Positions 25,276 to 34,739 of a stretch of DNA of 64,000 nucleotides are shown piece after piece (the first letter of the stretch is position 1; every line of letters starts with the position of its first letter). Made by a program: the position numbers and the translations under genes. The stretch is from Escherichia phage vB_vPM_PD112: sequence record NC_054928.1. The stretch is one strand, 5' to 3'. The notes under the pieces are model-generated. The model ran no database searches and had not been told where the DNA came from. It worked only from the letters and a program-made list of their open reading frames with translations.

Positions 25276-26240
25276 TGTATTCTTTAGAGGAATTTAATAA
25301 TCAAGCAATAAACGCAGATTTCCAACGTAATAATATGTTTAGCTGCGTTTTTGCAACAACTCCATCAACTAAAAGCTCTTCGTTGATAAGTTCAATTAGC
25401 AACTTTTCTTATAATAACTTGGGCCTAAATTCAAATTGGTTAGGATTGACTCAAGGCGATATTAATCAGGGAATTACCACGCTAATTACTGCTGGCACAC
25501 AAAAACTGATAAGAAAATCAGGGGTTAGTAAATATCTTATTGGTGCCATGAGTCAACGTACAGTTCAAAGTTTATTAGGCTCATTCACAGTTGGTACATA
25601 TTTAATTGACTTCTTTAACATGGCATATAACTCATCTGGATTGATGATATACTCTGTAAAAATGCCAGAGAATAGATTATCCTATGAAACTGACTGGAAC
25701 TATAATTCTCCTAATATTCGTATAACTGGGAGAGAATTAGACCCTTTGGTTATTTCATTTAGAATGGATTCAGAAGCTTGTAATTATCGTGCGATGCAAG
25801 ACTGGGTTAACGCTGTTCAAGACCCAGTAACTGGATTACGTGCTTTGCCGCAAGATGTTGAAGCAGACATTCAGGTTAATCTTCATGCTCGTAATGGATT
25901 GCCTCATACTGCGGTGATGTTCACCGGATGCATTCCAATATCAGTGAGCGCTCCTGAGTTATCATATGATGGAGATAACCAAATAACTACATTTGATGTT
26001 ACTTTTGCGTATAGAGTCATGCAGGCTGGAGCAGTTGATAGACAAGCTGCGCTTGAATGGCTTGAATCTGCTGCTATAAATGGCATTCAAAGCGTTCTCG
26101 GAAATAGTGGAGGTGTTACTGGACTATCTAATTCGCTTTCACGACTTAGTAGACTAGGAGGAACCTCAGGAAGCATTTCAAACATTAATACTATGACAGG
26201 GATTGTCAATTCGCAGAGTAAAATATTAGGAGCAATATAA
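25275..26240 (+). CDS. 54: Baseplate-tail tube initiator gp54
   Basis: 321-aa ORF at the T4 gene 54 position. Confidence 0.85.
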   Translation: MYSLEEFNNQAINADFQRNNMFSCVFATTPSTKSSSLISSISNFSYNNLGLNSNWLGLTQGDINQGITTLITAGTQKLIRKSGVSKYLIGAMSQRTVQSLLGSFTVGTYLIDFFNMAYNSSGLMIYSVKMPENRLSYETDWNYNSPNIRITGRELDPLVISFRMDSEACNYRAMQDWVNAVQDPVTGLRALPQDVEADIQVNLHARNGLPHTAVMFTGCIPISVSAPELSYDGDNQITTFDVTFAYRVMQAGAVDRQAALEWLESAAINGIQSVLGNSGGVTGLSNSLSRLSRLGGTSGSISNINTMTGIVNSQSKILGAI

Positions 26241-26244
26241 CAAT

Positions 26245-26270
26245 GGGGACCGAAAGGTCCCCATATTTTT
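26245..26270. terminator. Bidirectional terminator hairpin GGGGACC-GAAA-GGUCCCC plus T-run between gene 54 and the minus-strand block
   Basis: Perfect 7-bp stem, GAAA loop, ATATTTTTATTT. Confidence 0.7.
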
Positions 26271-26559
26271 ATTTACGGAATGAAATGAAAGCAGCAACTG
26301 AAGCAACTAAACTGTCTTCAATATAAACTTCAATTTTTACCGGAGCTTCTGACTCAAATTTACCTGTTACTACACCCTGAAAAATACTTTCAGTCTGTTC
26401 TGGCTTTGAAAAATTTTCAGAAGGAAAAATTCCAAACTTTTTATCTGTTCCGAAAATTTTGATAAATTCATCATAAACCACTTCGTTAAAAGCATTATCA
26501 GCAGGAATAACGCCTTCAACTACAAGTTCTTGACCTAAAAAGCGTAAAGAAGATTTCAT
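26269..26559 (-). CDS. Hypothetical protein (T4 alt.-3-like)
   Basis: 96-aa ORF with GAGGAA SD directly downstream of an early-promoter stem-loop element. Confidence 0.6.
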   Translation of the reverse strand: MKSSLRFLGQELVVEGVIPADNAFNEVVYDEFIKIFGTDKKFGIFPSENFSKPEQTESIFQGVVTGKFESEAPVKIEVYIEDSLVASVAAFISFRK

Positions 26560-26563
26560 TTTG

Positions 26564-26610
26564 TGTTCCTCATGTTATGTCAGTAAGTCTACTATAACAC
26601 AACACGAGGG
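26564..26610 (-). promoter_or_regulatory. Early promoter / promoter-early stem-loop (PeSL)-like element, copy 1
   Basis: Minus strand GTTTACA-(17 nt)-TATAGT sigma70-like promoter over an inverted repeat; 47 nt near-identical to 40147-40193. Confidence 0.65.
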
Positions 26611-26619
26611 ACTTGTAAA

Positions 26620-26979
26620 CTACATTTTGAACTTTTTAGTACGCGTAATAGGCATGCGTCGATTTTATACTGTTTCATTGTTTGAAGAGCAGTATCAAAA
26701 CAGCATTAATGACACCAATTGGATTTCCACCCAAGTTTTTAAGCTTAACTAATGATAGTTTCTCATTAACACCTATCATTACGATATGCATCATTTTGTC
26801 GCCTGGTTTAACGTTTTATCTGTATCACCGCCAGAGGTGTATGTACAAAATCTAAATCCAGGAAGCACGCTTTCTTCGCCGGCTTGAATAGCAAAAATTT
26901 GCGGTATTTTATGCTTAGGATTTAAGTTAACAACCGGCGCCGAAGCGCCGTCAAATAATTATGTAATAAGTTCCATGAT
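26620..26979 (-). pseudogene. Decayed partial duplicate of the alt 5' region (about first 120 codons; stops and frameshift)
   Basis: Begins right after the alt stop as ATGGAACTTATTACATAA (MELIT*); translation keeps alt-like blocks NLNPKHKIPQIF...PGFRFCTYTSGGDT...KMMHIV...YKIDAC across frame breaks. Confidence 0.7.
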
Positions 26980-29031
26980 TTATCCTTGAACGAACTTGTA
27001 AGGCATGTTTGCAATATCTATGCAAGACGCAATAATTCCAAGAGATGATTCTACTTTCTGTTTAACATTTGATGAAACAAATGATGCAAAGTCAACTCTA
27101 TCTTCTATATCACCTGTTATTGTAACCAATTCACCAGTTTCCATTAAACGGTCACCGTCATAAATTGCCGATTCGGTGAGTTCTTCTGTAGTCATAACTT
27201 CAGCTTGAATAAGCTTGTTGTTAGTTCTAACTGTTCCATCGTTGTAAGATGCATCGGTTATTTTATTAACTTTGACCATTAATCCACGTGGCAAAATGAC
27301 TTCCATTTCATTTGAAGGCGCTAAACTTCCACCGGGTAAAACAACATTGACCTTATCAGCCCCAGTAATAACCCATCCAATTCCGACTAAATTATCGCTA
27401 GAATTAACAAGCCCTTCATCAGTTTTATCAATAGAAACACTTAGACGCTTTTCGTCTGGTAAAACACCTATAGATGAATCAGTCATCCAAGTACCAAAAA
27501 TATTTGGATATAATGATGTTGACACAAAGTTTCTAAAATAAAAAACTCGATTTTTTACCAATGCTTCATATATTGAAGGTAACATTCGTTGCGAACGATA
27601 TAAAGTAATACCTTTTGGCAATCGATCACCATTTTTAAAGGCTGAATCTAAATTATCGATGGCTTGTTCTATTTCGGGTGCTGTCAAAATACTTGTACGC
27701 TCATCTGGATTATATAATCCCAAAAGAGCATTATTCATGTCTACATATCCTGAACCCACATATTCACGAATTCCGCGTTTTTGAGCCGGTGTGTATTTAG
27801 ATGAATCTTTATTTTCGACTATAGAATGCAATGACCATCCAACGGTAAGAGCATATCCACGTAATTCTCTTCGAATAATCTTTGTTTTTATTGCATTCCA
27901 AGAATTTTGCACTAACTCATTTGCAGCATCTTGATTTAAATGCGAATGCTTGCTAATATTTCTTTCTAACCAAGCACTTTTATATTTTTCTAAAGTATCA
28001 TCGACTATAGAAGCAATAGTTTCTAAAGTTTTTATTGAAGTAATAGATTCTTTTCGTAATCTTTCTAAAGCTTTATTTTTTATTTCTGCATTAACATCAG
28101 ATTCTTTATCTTCAGGAATTATAGAAGCTTCTCTGAATGCCATTCCAGCTGTAACACTATTAAGAGCATTCTCTAATGCAAATCCTGAAGTAGAAATAAC
28201 GGTTAATTCGTTAGCATCAGAAATTAAAGGCGCGTCGGCGGGTTTATTTAATTCTGCTGCTGAAGCCTCAAATTTTTGAAACATTGGTGTTTCAAATCTA
28301 GAAGATTCCAATGACTGACTTTGTGCAATTGCTCTACGGGAAATTTTAACTTTAACGATTACAGCTTGGTCAGAACGTTTATCATTTTCTTGTGCAATAG
28401 ATGCTGCAATTGCCTCATTTTTAGTTACTTGAGCTCCAGTATCTTTATTGATATAAACATCACCGACCTTCGATTCAACCTTAGTAAAGAGCTCGGTACT
28501 AATTTCCGGAACCCCTGGAATGTCTTCTAGTGATACATTTTTGCGATGTATAAGAATATATGCATACTTTTTATCATAATCCCAGAGTTCCTTAAGAAGG
28601 ACGTATCTGCCACCTGAACGACTACGGATAAGTCTATCAGCAATAACTTGAATTTGTCGAGCTTGACCAGCGGTTTTAGACTTAAGAATACGAAGCATAC
28701 AAGCATCAATTTTATACTGACGCATTGTTTGCATTGCAACAGTAAAAACTGAATTGATATAATTAATTGGGCTTGGACCAAGACCTTTCAATTTAGCAAT
28801 TGAACCTTTAGCGGTTAATGTAAAAGGAACAATATGCATCATTTTATCGCCCATCTTTAAATCACGATTAGTATCACCTCCAGATGTATAGGTACATAAA
28901 CGAAAGCCTGGTTGTTCAATTGCGTCATCAACATGAACTGAAAAAATTTGCGGTATTTTCTTCTTTGGATTTAAGTTTGTAATTGGAAGAGTAGTATCTT
29001 CGTCAAATAATTCTGTAATTAGTTCCATCAT
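26980..29031 (-). CDS. alt: Alt ADP-ribosyltransferase (virion-packaged)
   Basis: 683 aa, MMELITELFDEDTTLPITNLNPKKKIPQIF... Confidence 0.9.
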   Translation of the reverse strand: MMELITELFDEDTTLPITNLNPKKKIPQIFSVHVDDAIEQPGFRLCTYTSGGDTNRDLKMGDKMMHIVPFTLTAKGSIAKLKGLGPSPINYINSVFTVAMQTMRQYKIDACMLRILKSKTAGQARQIQVIADRLIRSRSGGRYVLLKELWDYDKKYAYILIHRKNVSLEDIPGVPEISTELFTKVESKVGDVYINKDTGAQVTKNEAIAASIAQENDKRSDQAVIVKVKISRRAIAQSQSLESSRFETPMFQKFEASAAELNKPADAPLISDANELTVISTSGFALENALNSVTAGMAFREASIIPEDKESDVNAEIKNKALERLRKESITSIKTLETIASIVDDTLEKYKSAWLERNISKHSHLNQDAANELVQNSWNAIKTKIIRRELRGYALTVGWSLHSIVENKDSSKYTPAQKRGIREYVGSGYVDMNNALLGLYNPDERTSILTAPEIEQAIDNLDSAFKNGDRLPKGITLYRSQRMLPSIYEALVKNRVFYFRNFVSTSLYPNIFGTWMTDSSIGVLPDEKRLSVSIDKTDEGLVNSSDNLVGIGWVITGADKVNVVLPGGSLAPSNEMEVILPRGLMVKVNKITDASYNDGTVRTNNKLIQAEVMTTEELTESAIYDGDRLMETGELVTITGDIEDRVDFASFVSSNVKQKVESSLGIIASCIDIANMPYKFVQG

Positions 29032-29051
29032 ATCCTCTCTAGTGTTTATTC

Positions 29052-29059
29052 TATTTATA
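29052..29059 (-). promoter_or_regulatory. Late promoter box TATAAATA upstream of alt
   Basis: Minus-strand TATAAATA about 20 nt before the alt ATG. Confidence 0.5.
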
Positions 29060-29065
29060 AAATTA

Positions 29066-29083
29066 AAGGCCCGAAGGCCTTTA
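29066..29083 (-). terminator. Stem-loop AAAGGCC-UUCG-GGCCUUU upstream of alt
   Basis: Inverted repeat with UUCG loop followed by T-rich run. Confidence 0.5.
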
Positions 29084-29269
29084 ATAATCTAACGGTAAGA
29101 GAGTACGATATATTTCAAACTTTGGACCTTTTTCATAGGCATCAAATGTTTCTGTGAATTTATTATAAGCATATGCATCTACAAATTCGAGAATGACTTG
29201 TGATACAGAAGTAGAAACATCTCCACCTTCTTTTTGAGCAACGACAATTGTTTCTAAGTAAGCTTTCAT
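29081..29269 (-). CDS. Hypothetical small protein
   Basis: 62-aa ORF between gene 30 and alt. Confidence 0.5.
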   Translation of the reverse strand: MKAYLETIVVAQKEGGDVSTSVSQVILEFVDAYAYNKFTETFDAYEKGPKFEIYRTLLPLDY

Positions 29270-30726
29270 AGACCAGTTACCTCATGAAAATCACCAAATA
29301 CATCCTCGAATGTATTGGCTTTAGTTTTATCTTCGCGTAAACGAATCGCAATCGGAAGAAATAATTTAACGTAATCAGTGCGGCCATCAGATTTTAACCA
29401 ACCGTTGCATTCGCACTCTAGAATTTTTCCAATATAATAATTTTGGTTTTCCATAATGCGAGTACGGTCAAGTTCATGCGATTTTACACCGGCTTTATCT
29501 TTTAAGCCTGAACCAGCATTTACCTTAATTTTTCCACACTCTGACTCAAGAATAAATCCACCTGCTTTAGTAGGGTCTTTGCGGTGAGGATAAATTCCTA
29601 CAATTTTTAAATCAACATCAATTACTTCTTTAAATTTATAGAGATTTTTTGAACGAGCATTTTCCCATAATCCATCGATATTTTTGAGAATAATACCTTC
29701 AAGACCTTGGTCAATATACTTTTTATAAATTACCTTAGCTTCATCTAGGTTATTTACTACCTGGTTTTCAATTAAAATTACTTTATCATATCCTGATGTC
29801 ATTTGTTCTAGTTTAGAAAAACGTACATCATATTTCAAACGAAATGCAGGAAGACCGTATATTTCTACCAACGGAACATAATCCCAGACCTGAAACTTCA
29901 TACATTGGGCTTCTTTTTCAGAAATGGTTCCCTTTAAAGATTTATTGGCGATTCCATTAGAAGTAGTACGTGATTCAGCTACTTCGGCGAATTCTTTGGC
30001 TTTACTAATTTCAGGAGCATCAAAAAGAAAATCTAGGCCTTCTGGCTCCTTTTCAACTTGCTCATGGTATACCAATTCGCCATCAATTAACACACCTTCT
30101 GGATGAATCTGGCGGGCTTCAGCGGTCATTTTGATTAACTCTTCCTTAAGAAGATCTAATCCTAGGTATTCATTGCCAGCTCGTGATAAAAGACGAACAT
30201 CATCTAATTCATCGCCTCGGACTTCAGCAAAACACCGAGCTCCATCTGCTTTTAACTGCGCAAAGGCTGGAAACTTGATATTCTTACTAATGCCTTTTTC
30301 ATCATAAGAACTTGCCAGCATTTGAGGTTGTTCAGGAATTAAACCTGGCCAAACTTTGTTTGCAATAGATACTGAAGCACCGCATTCAAGGTCTCGCATC
30401 ATCACTCGACGCAAAACTTCAACATCATCTTTTTTACCATCGGTGATATATCCAGTTAATTCCTCAATTGCTGCATTTCCAGTCAATTTCCGAGTAGCTA
30501 ATGTGAATTCAATGAAGTCAAGCATATCGGTAAGAGTCAACATTCCAAAACTCTGGGTAGCAATACCAGGTTTAGGCCATTTCTTGATATAATACTGTAA
30601 CCCACGAGAATAAGTCAGACGATATACTCGTTTAAGCAATTCATTATCTTTATTCTTTTCAAGAATTGCTTGTTTCTGCTTAGTTGATCCAATAGATGCT
30701 ATTTCATTCAGAATTTTAAGAATCAT
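29266..30726 (-). CDS. 30: ATP-dependent DNA ligase gp30
   Basis: 486-aa ORF at the T4 gene 30 position with ligase-like sequence. Confidence 0.9.
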   Translation of the reverse strand: MILKILNEIASIGSTKQKQAILEKNKDNELLKRVYRLTYSRGLQYYIKKWPKPGIATQSFGMLTLTDMLDFIEFTLATRKLTGNAAIEELTGYITDGKKDDVEVLRRVMMRDLECGASVSIANKVWPGLIPEQPQMLASSYDEKGISKNIKFPAFAQLKADGARCFAEVRGDELDDVRLLSRAGNEYLGLDLLKEELIKMTAEARQIHPEGVLIDGELVYHEQVEKEPEGLDFLFDAPEISKAKEFAEVAESRTTSNGIANKSLKGTISEKEAQCMKFQVWDYVPLVEIYGLPAFRLKYDVRFSKLEQMTSGYDKVILIENQVVNNLDEAKVIYKKYIDQGLEGIILKNIDGLWENARSKNLYKFKEVIDVDLKIVGIYPHRKDPTKAGGFILESECGKIKVNAGSGLKDKAGVKSHELDRTRIMENQNYYIGKILECECNGWLKSDGRTDYVKLFLPIAIRLREDKTKANTFEDVFGDFHEVTGL

Positions 30727-30992
30727 TGTTCATCCTTTAGAGTTTGGTTTACAGCTCTATTATAAATCAATTCATCATTAAGCTCAGTCAAAGACCTGTG
30801 GTACGTGGTTCTAACTTTATTTCCTTGCATCCAGTGCTTGACGTAAATGAAACCTTGCTCTACACATTTTTTAAAAATTCGTTCGTCTTTTTGAGCTCGG
30901 AATTCTGGATTGCATCTAAAAAATTGATTTACGTGACCGTAATCACGTGTAGTATTACCTTCATTTTCATAAATAGTGTGAACGACAAACAT
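30723..30992 (-). CDS. Hypothetical protein (30.1-like)
   Basis: 89-aa ORF overlapping the gene 30 start (ATGA-type coupling). Confidence 0.6.
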   Translation of the reverse strand: MFVVHTIYENEGNTTRDYGHVNQFFRCNPEFRAQKDERIFKKCVEQGFIYVKHWMQGNKVRTTYHRSLTELNDELIYNRAVNQTLKDEQ

Positions 30993-31831
30993 TAGAATGC
31001 TCCTTGGAAAATATTATCACCACAAGTAGGTCTATTATACAAATACTCTATACCGCCGGGTTTAATATAGTTCCATGTCTGAAACGGATGCGTCTGATAT
31101 GGATGATATAGATGATTATAAGGATTAAATCCAGGAGTTCTCCAGGTAGTGTTCCAAGGAAAAGAATCGTTTTTAATCATCTTTTCAATTACATCTTTTA
31201 TAGCTTTTTCACGATCAAAACTTTCTTTATTTTCCTTCGATGGAAAAAGCTTATTCTCTACATCATTCCATGTATAAACTCGCTGCGCAGTTTTTGGAAT
31301 ATTGTCACGCTCTCCTCGAGCCATCCAATAAACCGGAACATTTAATATTTCACTCGCGTGGTCGCAGTGGTGAGCGAGATCGTCAATATAACAAATTACG
31401 TTATATTTCTCTTTTGCCTTTTTGAACAACTCTTCTTTTGAAGAATCATGACCACACATCATTACTTCTGAGAAGGCACCAGGAAAAAGAGCATTCAAAT
31501 TAAATTGACGATTCAACAGAGCGTCAATAGAATCGCCCAATGCTGTAACAGCTACAAAATTATAATCTTCTTTTAATTTGTTAATTACACACAGGGCATC
31601 TTTATACGGAGACAAGTAACGAATAAAATCTGAACGATTGTATTTTTCAATTAACTTGACGCCAAGTTCTTCGTCACAATTAAAGAGTTTACCTGGAGAA
31701 ATAAATTTCTCATCTTGGATCATTTTTAAAATATGTTCTAATGGAAGATTATATTTCTGAGCAAAATAAGGAAGGCCTGATTGCCAGCTTAAACATACTC
31801 CATCAATATCAGTTAAAATAGTAGGCTTCAT
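30992..31831 (-). CDS. Hypothetical protein with HAD-like N-terminal motif (30.2-like)
   Basis: 279 aa; N-terminal ILTDIDGV resembles the HAD phosphatase DxDG motif. Confidence 0.6.
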   Translation of the reverse strand: MKPTILTDIDGVCLSWQSGLPYFAQKYNLPLEHILKMIQDEKFISPGKLFNCDEELGVKLIEKYNRSDFIRYLSPYKDALCVINKLKEDYNFVAVTALGDSIDALLNRQFNLNALFPGAFSEVMMCGHDSSKEELFKKAKEKYNVICYIDDLAHHCDHASEILNVPVYWMARGERDNIPKTAQRVYTWNDVENKLFPSKENKESFDREKAIKDVIEKMIKNDSFPWNTTWRTPGFNPYNHLYHPYQTHPFQTWNYIKPGGIEYLYNRPTCGDNIFQGAF

Positions 31832-32292
31832 AGAGAGTCTCTTAATAGGTTTAACACATCAATAAATTCAGCTTCGGTTAGTATTGTATCATCTTTTGTT
31901 AGACCACTAGCCATGCTGTGCTTCAAAACTTTTCCTTTCGAGGCTTGTAATGCATCACGAAAGCCCTTGTTTTGGATCGCTGCTTCAAAATATGCATTTG
32001 TGTATAATTCTTTCCACGCCGGGGAGTATCTTGAAAATGGAACTCCAAGCCAGAACAACGTGCCACGGTCCTGAGCTCTAGCATAAGACCTTCCAGCTTG
32101 TTGGGCGGCAAGCCCGGATAACCCAAATATACGACGTTGTTGTTCAACATTTTTCACCTTGCACCCTTGGAGAAATCCTTCAAGACCTCCAAATTGGATA
32201 CCATCCATAACAAAAGGCCATTGAGCGAAATTACTTAATGCACATGATGGCCATCTAAAATTGCTTCTAATCTCTAACTCAGACATTTTCAA
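31828..32292 (-). CDS. YbiA / NADAR-family protein (30.3-like)
   Basis: 154 aa; LSNFAQWPFVMDGIQFGGLEGFLQGCK parallels the YbiA FSNFAAWP...SEHYFQA core. Confidence 0.6.
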   Translation of the reverse strand: MKMSELEIRSNFRWPSCALSNFAQWPFVMDGIQFGGLEGFLQGCKVKNVEQQRRIFGLSGLAAQQAGRSYARAQDRGTLFWLGVPFSRYSPAWKELYTNAYFEAAIQNKGFRDALQASKGKVLKHSMASGLTKDDTILTEAEFIDVLNLLRDSL

Positions 32293-32485
32293 TGCTTATA
32301 ATTTCAACATCAGCCCAATGACCATAGCAAGGAAGACGAAATTCAACTGGCCAGTTAGGGTCCTTTTCTAATATAATAGACTCAACTCGTGGTTCTTCAT
32401 GTTCATCAGTATATGGATTTTTATCTGTTACTTTATATGTGACCTTAATGTACTGAATTCCAAAAATCTTATTAATTATATTCAT
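32279..32485 (-). CDS. Hypothetical small protein
   Basis: 68-aa ORF. Confidence 0.5.
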   Translation of the reverse strand: MNIINKIFGIQYIKVTYKVTDKNPYTDEHEEPRVESIILEKDPNWPVEFRLPCYGHWADVEIISIENV

Positions 32486-32679
32486 ACTAATTCCTTTAAT
32501 CCGTAAATAGGAGATAATTCATCACCCATGCGAAGGTCTTCATTTCCATCTACCCAGGAAACAATATAAGCCTCTTTTATTTGAATACCACTCCATTTAA
32601 ATGGAGGTAGAACCTTAGAAATTAATCCAGGTATACCAACTCCCTTTAATTCAACAGTTTGACCTAAAAAGAATTTCAT
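32482..32679 (-). CDS. Hypothetical small protein
   Basis: 65-aa ORF. Confidence 0.5.
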   Translation of the reverse strand: MKFFLGQTVELKGVGIPGLISKVLPPFKWSGIQIKEAYIVSWVDGNEDLRMGDELSPIYGLKELV

Positions 32680-32966
32680 TAAAACCTCATCTGAAAACCA
32701 TGCGATTTAACATTACCGCCGCCAATATCAGAAATGTTAATTTCACGCGCAATTGAAGGGTCAATGTCAATTTCGCGATTGAGTTTAGTGATAGCTAAAG
32801 TATCGCGGCCATTTACAGTACGGAACTCTAAAGGGCAGACTACATTAACATAGTTTTTAATCGATTCACTAGTAGGCTGCAAATGAGCAGGAAGGTCTTT
32901 AGGTGCCTTAGAGAAAACCACTTCACAGAAATTTTTGCGGGTATCAAAATAAGTAGTCATAAACAT
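32679..32966 (-). CDS. Hypothetical protein
   Basis: 95-aa ORF. Confidence 0.5.
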   Translation of the reverse strand: MFMTTYFDTRKNFCEVVFSKAPKDLPAHLQPTSESIKNYVNVVCPLEFRTVNGRDTLAITKLNREIDIDPSIAREINISDIGGGNVKSHGFQMRF

Positions 32967-32983
32967 AGTATTTTCCTCAGTAA

Positions 32984-32997
32984 GGGGCCGAAGCCCC
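32984..32997 (-). terminator. Stem-loop GGGGC-UUCG-GCCCC (third copy of this 14-mer)
   Basis: Same 14-mer as at 4730, 14313 and 61759. Confidence 0.5.
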
Positions 32998-33007
32998 TCA
33001 TTTTATT

Positions 33008-33373
33008 TTAAATATCAAATTCGTTAAGAACTACATCAAAGATTGCTTCAAGATGCTCAGGTTTAGCTCTGTTACTCAGAATATGACGAATCCAAGTTTT
33101 AACCAGAAGCTTGCGATTAACGCCATTCCAGCAAGGATGAGTCCCTAAATCGCGTTGACGAAAATCATCATCCAATGCGATTTTAAAAGAAGAACCTTCT
33201 TTCGTGATTGAAACCGTGATGCCATTTTCAAATCGCATATAAACGTAGTTAGGAGTCATATACTGTTCAATTTCGCATACTGATCCATTTTGATGTTTCC
33301 AAAGGCAGATAGTATCAATAGAACCTGCAATACCGTTAGAAACATATTTACGTTCAAAGTTGATGTAATTCAT
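33008..33373 (-). CDS. Hypothetical protein
   Basis: 121-aa ORF. Confidence 0.55.
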   Translation of the reverse strand: MNYINFERKYVSNGIAGSIDTICLWKHQNGSVCEIEQYMTPNYVYMRFENGITVSITKEGSSFKIALDDDFRQRDLGTHPCWNGVNRKLLVKTWIRHILSNRAKPEHLEAIFDVVLNEFDI

Positions 33374-33399
33374 TTTTATTCTCCGAGATGTTTAATTGC

Positions 33400-33440
33400 G
33401 GTACAGGTATATAATATCATATCCTGTACCAAAGTAAACT
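33400..33440 (-). promoter_or_regulatory. Early promoter with overlapping stem-loop (PeSL-like)
   Basis: Minus strand GTTTACT-(16 nt)-TATTAT inside inverted repeat GGTACAGG...CCTGTACC. Confidence 0.5.
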
Positions 33441-33443
33441 ATT

Positions 33444-33812
33444 TTATGCAACTTTAATCCAATTATCTAAATTTAATTCACCTTTGGCTTTCATTTTTTC
33501 AATCAAGAGGTCAGCGGTAATACGACCATTTTGATACCACGTAACATCTTCAGAGTAACCAGTTTCTTTATCTTCATAAGTCTCACAGCGAATTTTACCA
33601 AGAATCAAAGTTTTTAATTCGTATGTATCTCCAGTAAAAAAGTTAGTTAACATTATTTTCCAAGAGAAATCATCAGAAGGACCTTCAGGAGTCATACAAT
33701 CTACGAATTCAAATTGTTCTTTATATAAATGCCACTGAAGTTCTTTAGTTTCAATAGCTTTATAGCCGTCGTGATCTTTACCTTTGATGTATGAGTTAAG
33801 ATTGATTTTCAT
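33444..33812 (-). CDS. Hypothetical protein
   Basis: 122-aa ORF. Confidence 0.55.
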   Translation of the reverse strand: MKINLNSYIKGKDHDGYKAIETKELQWHLYKEQFEFVDCMTPEGPSDDFSWKIMLTNFFTGDTYELKTLILGKIRCETYEDKETGYSEDVTWYQNGRITADLLIEKMKAKGELNLDNWIKVA

Positions 33813-33839
33813 TTTATTCTCCTTTGTTTGTGTAAGATA

Positions 33840-33868
33840 ATACTATCACAAAGGAACCATACTGTAAA
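33840..33868 (-). promoter_or_regulatory. Early promoter GTTTACA-(17 nt)-TAGTAT
   Basis: Sigma70-like hexamers on the minus strand upstream of the 33444-33812 ORF. Confidence 0.5.
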
Positions 33869-33921
33869 CAACTTTGTGCAATCTTTGGAAAATAAAAAGG
33901 ACTCCCGAAGGAGTCCTTAAC

Positions 33922-34098
33922 TTATGCTTTCTGCTTACCAAAACGAGAAGCATCATCTCGAAGAACCGCACGTGCTCGGCGCATGATCTTCTCAACAGTT
34001 TGATTGATACGAGAGTTCGACCCACGCTTGTAACCAGCGCGTTTAGAATCACCGACTTTCTTTTCAACTGCTTTCTTTGCTTTAGCTTGTTTTGCCAT
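33922..34098 (-). CDS. Small basic protein (Lys/Arg-rich)
   Basis: From MAKQAKAKKAVEKKVGDSKRAGYKRG...; ORF track began 14 codons upstream. Confidence 0.5.
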   Translation of the reverse strand: MAKQAKAKKAVEKKVGDSKRAGYKRGSNSRINQTVEKIMRRARAVLRDDASRFGKQKA

Positions 34099-34343
34099 TA
34101 TAAATTCTCTTTTAAATGAAAATGCAGGACTTATTGGCATTGCCTGCGCAAGCCCTCAAGGGGAACATAGGTTTTTGGATATTTAACGACCAGGATAACC
34201 ATAAACCCGTCATCATTCACATTCAAGAGGTACACCGTAAAACTGCCGGGGTCTTAAAACTATAATGATTCGCAAATCATTAATCAGACAGTTCGACGGC
34301 TCCTCGATTTTAGCTCACACTAAGGCAGTGAATCTCCAATGAA

Positions 34344-34592
34344 TTACTTTAGTGTTACCACAAAGTGACGAACTGCTTTTCGTGCAGCAGAAGCCAGAGG
34401 CTTAGCATATTTAAGTTCATCTTTTTCCTGAAGCTCAGCAGCTAATGCAGTTTGAGCAGGATTCAGATGTTTGAAATAACGCAGGATTTCAAGAGCTTCG
34501 GCTTCAACATCAATAGATGCGCCATAGTTTTCGTGACCATTATTCCATGCGTTTCGTTGCAGTTCAAGAGCGTGTTGTAATTGTTTAATCAT
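34344..34592 (-). CDS. rIII: RIII lysis inhibition accessory protein
   Basis: 82 aa, MIKQLQHALELQRNAWNNGHENYGASIDVEAEALEILRYF... Confidence 0.85.
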   Translation of the reverse strand: MIKQLQHALELQRNAWNNGHENYGASIDVEAEALEILRYFKHLNPAQTALAAELQEKDELKYAKPLASAARKAVRHFVVTLK

Positions 34593-34739
34593 TTAAAAAT
34601 TCTCGTTAGAGATTAAAACTCGGTAGTCACGTTCTTCTGAATTTCATCTTCTTTCGACAGATCTCTCAGTTGTAGACTACCACGTAGAATTGTTCGGTTA
34701 ACTTATTATTCCGACACCCAATTCATATTATTATTTATA

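Noticed and set aside
26561-26752. Plus-strand 63-aa ORF (and the similar plus ORF at 39981-40409) spanning the repeated element
   Set aside because: These run antisense through the promoter/stem-loop repeats and neighbouring minus-strand genes, with no SD; their shared peptide (SCYVSKxTITQHEGLVN) is a translation artefact of the DNA repeat.
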